40,642 nucleotides of DNA from a virus (Duplodnaviria > Caudoviricetes): the IMG/VR virus record IMGVR_UViG_3300027619_000006, positions 1 to 40,642 of that record; one strand, written 5' to 3'. How positions within the stretch are numbered: the stretch's first letter is position 1; each line of letters begins with the position of its first letter. The position numbers were made by a program, and so were the translations under genes. This document shows, piece by piece, positions 35,880-40,642 of the stretch. The notes under the pieces were generated by a model. That model ran no database searches, had not been told where the DNA came from, and was given only the letters and a program-made list of their open reading frames with translations.

Positions 35880-36323
35880 ATGACAGGAATCGATTACCTT
35901 ACCATCAGTGTCGGTGAGCACGTCAATCTCACCGTCCGGTATTCCCTAGCGGCGCAGTTACTCATGCGCCGCCGCGGGATCGATCCGGCCAACATCGGCC
36001 AAGCCTGCGCGCCGACCAAGACCATTCCGAACCCCAATATGCGGCTGCAATCCGATCCTCCAACGATCACGGTCAAGAATCCCGATTGCATCGGCAACCT
36101 GGTGACGGTGTTCTCTTGCTGTGTCGCGGAAAACTTCCTCGACCTCAAACAGCCAAACCGCGTGGACCTCAATGCCGCTCCGACCGCCGACTACTGGGCG
36201 ACCCAGATCGACGATATGGGAGAGATCGACAAGGCTGTGGGCGCAGCGATGGGAAAATGGTCGGAGGACCGCCAGAGGAAGCTGGCAGCGGTTCCTCCGA
36301 TAGCGGAATCAGCGGCCAGCTAG
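35880..36323 (+). CDS. Tail assembly chaperone (gpG-like)
   Basis: Between tube and TMP; contains the slippery heptamer G GGA AAA. Confidence 0.8.
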   Translation: MTGIDYLTISVGEHVNLTVRYSLAAQLLMRRRGIDPANIGQACAPTKTIPNPNMRLQSDPPTITVKNPDCIGNLVTVFSCCVAENFLDLKQPNRVDLNAAPTADYWATQIDDMGEIDKAVGAAMGKWSEDRQRKLAAVPPIAESAAS

Positions 36324-36640
36324 CGATAGCGCCGTACTCCGAAGAATACTGGCTCAAGCTCTGGGCGTTCGGGACTTCTAATGACGGTCTTGGACTCTCA
36401 GAGCTTGCCTTTTGGCTGCTCACTTATCCCGAATTCACCGCGCTCAAACGCGTGTGGGAAGCCGCGCGCGGAATCAAACCTCCGCTCACAAAAGAGCAGC
36501 GAGAGAACCTCGCGTGGGGCAAACACAAAATTATGGAGATGTGGGGAGCGGCACTGGACAAGCTAACGCCAGAGCAGCGCGATAATCTCAAGCGAATGCG
36601 TGGACCCGTGCAGGTCCAGGTTCCGTCATGGGTAAACTAA
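36251..36640 (+). CDS. Tail assembly chaperone extension (gpGT-like) via -1 frameshift
   Basis: GGGAAAA at 36251-36257 in correct phase. The -1 frame is open to TAA 36640 (FWLLTYPEF motif) and abuts the TMP ATG. Confidence 0.8.
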   Translation, partial: GKMVGGPPEEAGSGSSDSGISGQLAIAPYSEEYWLKLWAFGTSNDGLGLSELAFWLLTYPEFTALKRVWEAARGIKPPLTKEQRENLAWGKHKIMEMWGAALDKLTPEQRDNLKRMRGPVQVQVPSWVN

Positions 36641-39600
36641 ATGGCTGATGCGAACGAAGAAATAATCGGGGCCATAGGCGTCTCGGTAACCGGAGATTAT
36701 TCGAGCCTCGCCGCAAGCTATTCCTCCGCACAAGACCAGGCGCAGCAGGCAGGCGAAGCCATCGCCGATGCATTCAATGAGGGCGTGTCCGGCGTCTCCG
36801 CCGCGGCGGATGTCGTCACGGAAGCCCTCGGCGGTATCGGACCGGCAGGTGACGATGCGGCGTCCGGTCTCGATGACTTCGGGGAGTCCGCCAGTGAAGC
36901 GGGCGAAGCGGCGGGCGAGGCTGGCTCGAAGCTCGCGGAGATGGCTGAGCAACTCGCAGCAGTCGGCGAGGCGCTCGTAATCACTGAGGGACTGACGGAG
37001 CTCGGCAGCGAGGCTCTATCGGCTGCCGACGGCATCACAAAAGCGTCCATCGCGCTGACCAATATTACCGGATCCGGCGACACGGCACACGAGACCATCG
37101 AGGGGCTAGAGCAACTCGGCATGTCCGACGGGCTTGCGATGCCTTCGCTGTTGTCCGCTGCCACGCGCATGCAGCAGATACTCGGCCCGTCGGCGGATGT
37201 GGTCGAAGAGCTTGGGCAGGTGGCCAACGGCGCCGCCATTATGGGAACTGACATCGAGACTGCTGCCACCAAGTTCGACCAGATGGCGACAGCGGGCACG
37301 GCTTCCGCTCGCACTCTGACGTCGCTCGGGATCTCACTCGCTGGCTTGGCATCGGCGCTCAATCAGGTTGTGCCGGGCGCGAACGCAACTGCTGACAGCG
37401 TTGCCGCGATGTTCAAGGCGCTCGACCAGAGCGAGCGAATCGAAGTCCTGAATACCGCTCTGGGATCTCTCGGCAGCACGGCGCAGCAAGTCGCTGAGCA
37501 GACCTTCGGCGGGCAGTGGCAGCAGCTCGCCAACGCCTGGGAAGGCATCATGGTCCAGGTGGGACAGGCGATTCTGCCTGTGATATCCGATCTACTCGAA
37601 CTCACCAAGACGGACATTGTACCCTTCCTGCAAGAGGCTGTCGCCGCGTTCAACTCGCTCAGCGAGCCGATGAAAGATACGGTCGTCGGACTCGGTCTCG
37701 CGGCTGCTGCGATCATCCCAGTAACTGGCGGACTGGCGGCGCTTGGCCTGGCATTCACGGGGCTCGAAGGACTGCTACCAGCCGTCACGGGACTGCTGGA
37801 AACATTCGGTATCGGCGCGGAGACGGTAGCGACTGAGGAGACGGCGGCCGCCGTGGCGACTGAAGGACTCGGTACCGCGGCTGTCGCGGCTGAGGCTGGC
37901 GTGGCTGGCCTAGCGGGCGTCGTAACCGGCGTGCTGGCGGCTGCGATCACAGGCGGCGCGGCGCTCTGGGTCGATTACCAGGATCGGATGAATGCGGCGC
38001 GCTCCACGCTGCAAGGCATCACCGATACCGATCTGAAGAATTTCCTTGCTGGCATCGCCACGGTATCGCAGGGAACCGGAACGGCCGGCACAGCCACAGA
38101 GCAGTGGGAAGCCAAGCTCGCCACACTGAAGACCGCTCTGGACCTCGGCACGATCTCTGCTGGCCAATACGCGGCAGCGGTCAAGCTCATCGAGACAGCG
38201 CAGGACTCGCTGGCAAAACAGAACCTTGCCGACAGCATCACGGGATGGACATCGGGACTCACGATCCTGACTGGCGCGACGGCCAAGGCCACCGACCAGC
38301 AGACGTTGCTAAATCAGGTTCTGCAGGATGCGCAGACCAAATTTAATCAGGTCGCCACCGGATACCAGAATGGGACCAAGAGCGCAGCCGACTATCTGTC
38401 CGCACAGAGCGCTCTTACGACCGCTCAAAATAATCTCAATGCGGTGCTTGCGCCAGTGCCGGGCTCAATGCAGGCTATCTCCGATATGGCCACCAGGATG
38501 GCTACTGCCGTTGGTTTCACCGTTTCGGCACAGCAGGAGTCGGCCAACGAGCAGACCGTCGCCGTAGCATCGCTAGACCTCGCCACCAAAGGCTACAACA
38601 CGTCAGTCGCATCCCTTGACACGTATATTTCGGCGCTTCACGATGCACAGACGGCCAATGACGGATCTGCAGCGGGAACGGCGGCAGTGACCGCTGCTGA
38701 GCAGAACGTGCAGATGGCGTATGCCGCGACACAGACCGGACTGAAAGGACTTTCGACCACCGTCCAGGATTACATCGGCTACATGAACGGGTCGGGCGCT
38801 TCCACTCAGGCGCAAATCGATCTGCTCAAGGATCTCGCTACGCAGTTCGGTCCTGCGACTTCTGCGGCACTCGGTCTCGATAAGCAGATCGCCGCGCTCC
38901 AAAAGCAACTCGATGCTCCCATTGTGGGAATGCCGAATGCATTGGTAGGGCTGCAATCGGCGCTTAATGAGACCACCGCCAATGTCGCCAAGTTTGCGGG
39001 CGAAATGCAGCAGGGCATGTCTGTAGGAGTGCAGTACGAGAAGGCTCTGACCGCACAACTCAACGCGCAGATCGCGCTCGATCAAGCCTCGGCAGTCCTA
39101 TCGACCGGGCTGCAAGGAGTAACCACTTCCACTGCCTTGGCAACTGCGGCAGTCGCGGCGTCTCAATCCAAATTGACTGATCTCACGGCGGCGTACCAGT
39201 CTGGATTGGCCACATATGCACAAGTGGAGGCAGCGCAAAAGGCCGTCACCACAGCTCAAGATGCGCTGAATATCGCCCAAGCTAATGCGGCAGTCCCAGT
39301 CAACGCGGCGAACGTGGCGGAATCTGGATTTGCCTCCACACTCGCGACCGCCAAAGCGAATCTCGATAATGTCGCCGCCGCTGTGCAGGCTGGGACGGCC
39401 AACGCGGCGCAGTACGCCAGTGCGGTTAATGCGGTCGAATCTGCGCAAGAGGCGATGGATGAGCAAACTGCTATCGCTGCCACGGGCACCCAAGGGCTCA
39501 CCGATGCGGTATCCCTGCAGACACAAATTCTCGCGGCTGCACAGGCGAAACTACAAGACGTAACAGTTGCTTACCAGAGCGGCTCTGCAAGTGCGCAGCA

Positions 39601-40642
39601 ATATATGAGCGCGGCCCAGGCTGTCACCAGCGCGGAGAATGCTTTGGCGGCCGCCGGGGGACCAGTAGTTGCAGGTCTCAACGCGATTGGCTCGGCGGCA
39701 ACGGGAGCACTGAGCCAACTGAACGATGTGGCGGCGGCGGTAAACGGCATTGCCGCCGACATGCAGGCTGCTTTCGGCAGCACGGCGACCAGCGGCGGCA
39801 GCGTCGGCGCGCCCGCTGGATACACAATCGGACAAAATCCTCTCTTGACCGGCGTCGGCGATTTCGGCACCGAGTCTTTTGATTATTCCTACATTCCACT
39901 GCCGGGCACCACATACAAGCAAGCGCTGGCTGCAGCACAAGCACTGATGCCCGCGAAAGGCACGAGCCCCACGGCGTTGGCTCAGGACGCGCTGGCGCAG
40001 GCGCAGGCCGTTCTCGACGTCGATACGCAGTACTTCGGCCAGACATTCTCGGGTGCCCCAACTGCTCAGGATGTCCAGACCGCGCAGCAGGCTGTAACCA
40101 CAGCACAGTCTGCGCTGTCGGCCTTGACAGGTGGATCGGCTGCAGCCGGCACCACGAGCACAACTCCACAGCCGCTTAACTCCACATACTCGGGCAGCGG
40201 ATCGACTAGCACCGTCGCAACAACAACGGCATCGGGCGCTGGTGGAGTCTCCTCAGTTACGGATCCTGTAGCGGCAGCACAGGCAGTGGTAAGCGCGCTG
40301 AATGCTCTGTCCGGTGGTGGTGCAACAAGCGCGCTCGCTGAGCAGATAGACCAGATTGAGGACATTGTTCTCAACGGCAGTGGGCTTACGACATCGCAAG
40401 CGAGCCAACTCCAAACACTGCTGAATCAAGCTGGCTTGTCTGCTAGTGGCACGTGGAACAACGGCAGCGGAGGAAGTAGCGCTAGCACCACTAGCGGGAC
40501 TAGTGGTAGTTCATCTACTCCCGTCGCCACCGCGAGCGGATCGGGAACCAGCGCGGTGGATGGTGGATCTTACCCAGCAGTAACGGCTCACCAGGCAGCT
40601 GGCGAAGTGTGGGCTGTGGATGCAAGCGGAGTGGCGACCGGC
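36641..40642 (+). CDS. Tape measure protein (3'-partial; continues at window start)
   Basis: ATG 36641 (MADANEEIIGAIGVSVTGD). Long Ala-rich helical ORF with the TFGGQWQQLANAWEG motif, in frame with the terminal repeat. Absent from the ORF track, consistent with no in-window stop. Confidence 0.9.
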   Translation, partial: MADANEEIIGAIGVSVTGDYSSLAASYSSAQDQAQQAGEAIADAFNEGVSGVSAAADVVTEALGGIGPAGDDAASGLDDFGESASEAGEAAGEAGSKLAEMAEQLAAVGEALVITEGLTELGSEALSAADGITKASIALTNITGSGDTAHETIEGLEQLGMSDGLAMPSLLSAATRMQQILGPSADVVEELGQVANGAAIMGTDIETAATKFDQMATAGTASARTLTSLGISLAGLASALNQVVPGANATADSVAAMFKALDQSERIEVLNTALGSLGSTAQQVAEQTFGGQWQQLANAWEGIMVQVGQAILPVISDLLELTKTDIVPFLQEAVAAFNSLSEPMKDTVVGLGLAAAAIIPVTGGLAALGLAFTGLEGLLPAVTGLLETFGIGAETVATEETAAAVATEGLGTAAVAAEAGVAGLAGVVTGVLAAAITGGAALWVDYQDRMNAARSTLQGITDTDLKNFLAGIATVSQGTGTAGTATEQWEAKLATLKTALDLGTISAGQYAAAVKLIETAQDSLAKQNLADSITGWTSGLTILTGATAKATDQQTLLNQVLQDAQTKFNQVATGYQNGTKSAADYLSAQSALTTAQNNLNAVLAPVPGSMQAISDMATRMATAVGFTVSAQQESANEQTVAVASLDLATKGYNTSVASLDTYISALHDAQTANDGSAAGTAAVTAAEQNVQMAYAATQTGLKGLSTTVQDYIGYMNGSGASTQAQIDLLKDLATQFGPATSAALGLDKQIAALQKQLDAPIVGMPNALVGLQSALNETTANVAKFAGEMQQGMSVGVQYEKALTAQLNAQIALDQASAVLSTGLQGVTTSTALATAAVAASQSKLTDLTAAYQSGLATYAQVEAAQKAVTTAQDALNIAQANAAVPVNAANVAESGFASTLATAKANLDNVAAAVQAGTANAAQYASAVNAVESAQEAMDEQTAIAATGTQGLTDAVSLQTQILAAAQAKLQDVTVAYQSGSASAQQYMSAAQAVTSAENALAAAGGPVVAGLNAIGSAATGALSQLNDVAAAVNGIAADMQAAFGSTATSGGSVGAPAGYTIGQNPLLTGVGDFGTESFDYSYIPLPGTTYKQALAAAQALMPAKGTSPTALAQDALAQAQAVLDVDTQYFGQTFSGAPTAQDVQTAQQAVTTAQSALSALTGGSAAAGTTSTTPQPLNSTYSGSGSTSTVATTTASGAGGVSSVTDPVAAAQAVVSALNALSGGGATSALAEQIDQIEDIVLNGSGLTTSQASQLQTLLNQAGLSASGTWNNGSGGSSASTTSGTSGSSSTPVATASGSGTSAVDGGSYPAVTAHQAAGEVWAVDASGVATG
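40152..40642 (+). repeat. Imperfect direct repeat, copy B (homologous to 1-482)
   Basis: Direct alignment by eye. Confidence 0.95.

Noticed and set aside
36626-40374. Minus-strand and alternate-frame ORFs over the TMP, and similar shadow ORFs genome-wide
   Set aside because: They are antisense shadows of GC-rich coding sequence, with no motifs or RBS.
40152-40642. Physical direct terminal repeat of the virion DNA
   Set aside because: True DTRs are identical. These copies are diverged and lie mid-gene.

Overview
The window appears to be an essentially complete, circularly permuted ~40 kb long-tailed (sipho-type) dsDNA phage genome, opened inside the tape-measure gene, with almost all genes on the + strand. 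Gene order: end of tape measure (1-1283), one large tail-tip/fibre gene, accessory membrane and lipoprotein genes, early recombination/replication genes (ERF, YqaJ exonuclease, RusA, C5-methyltransferase-like, replication initiator), terS/terL, a ~6.3 kb glycan-synthesis operon (three GT2-like glycosyltransferases, three SAM methyltransferases, an NAD-dependent epimerase) between terL and portal, portal, KTSC protein, MuF with a C-terminal PD-(D/E)xK nuclease plus candidate immunity gene, an inverted HK97-gp10 gene, protease/scaffold, cement, Mu gpT-like capsid, adaptor, lysis genes, head closure, tail terminator, tail tube, frameshifted chaperones and tape measure. I recognised no integrase, repressor, polymerase, tRNA or CRISPR array. 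Most notable: (1) the glycosylation/methylation operon in the head module; (2) a MuF-nuclease toxin with apparent prohead-protease release sites; (3) a loop-loop pseudoknot plus leader peptide ahead of the replication initiator; (4) a Tat-signal protein carrying a tail-tube-like segment; (5) a probable sRNA complementary to an early-gene RBS; (6) repeated leaderless promoters. All family assignments come from motif recognition by eye; no searches were run.
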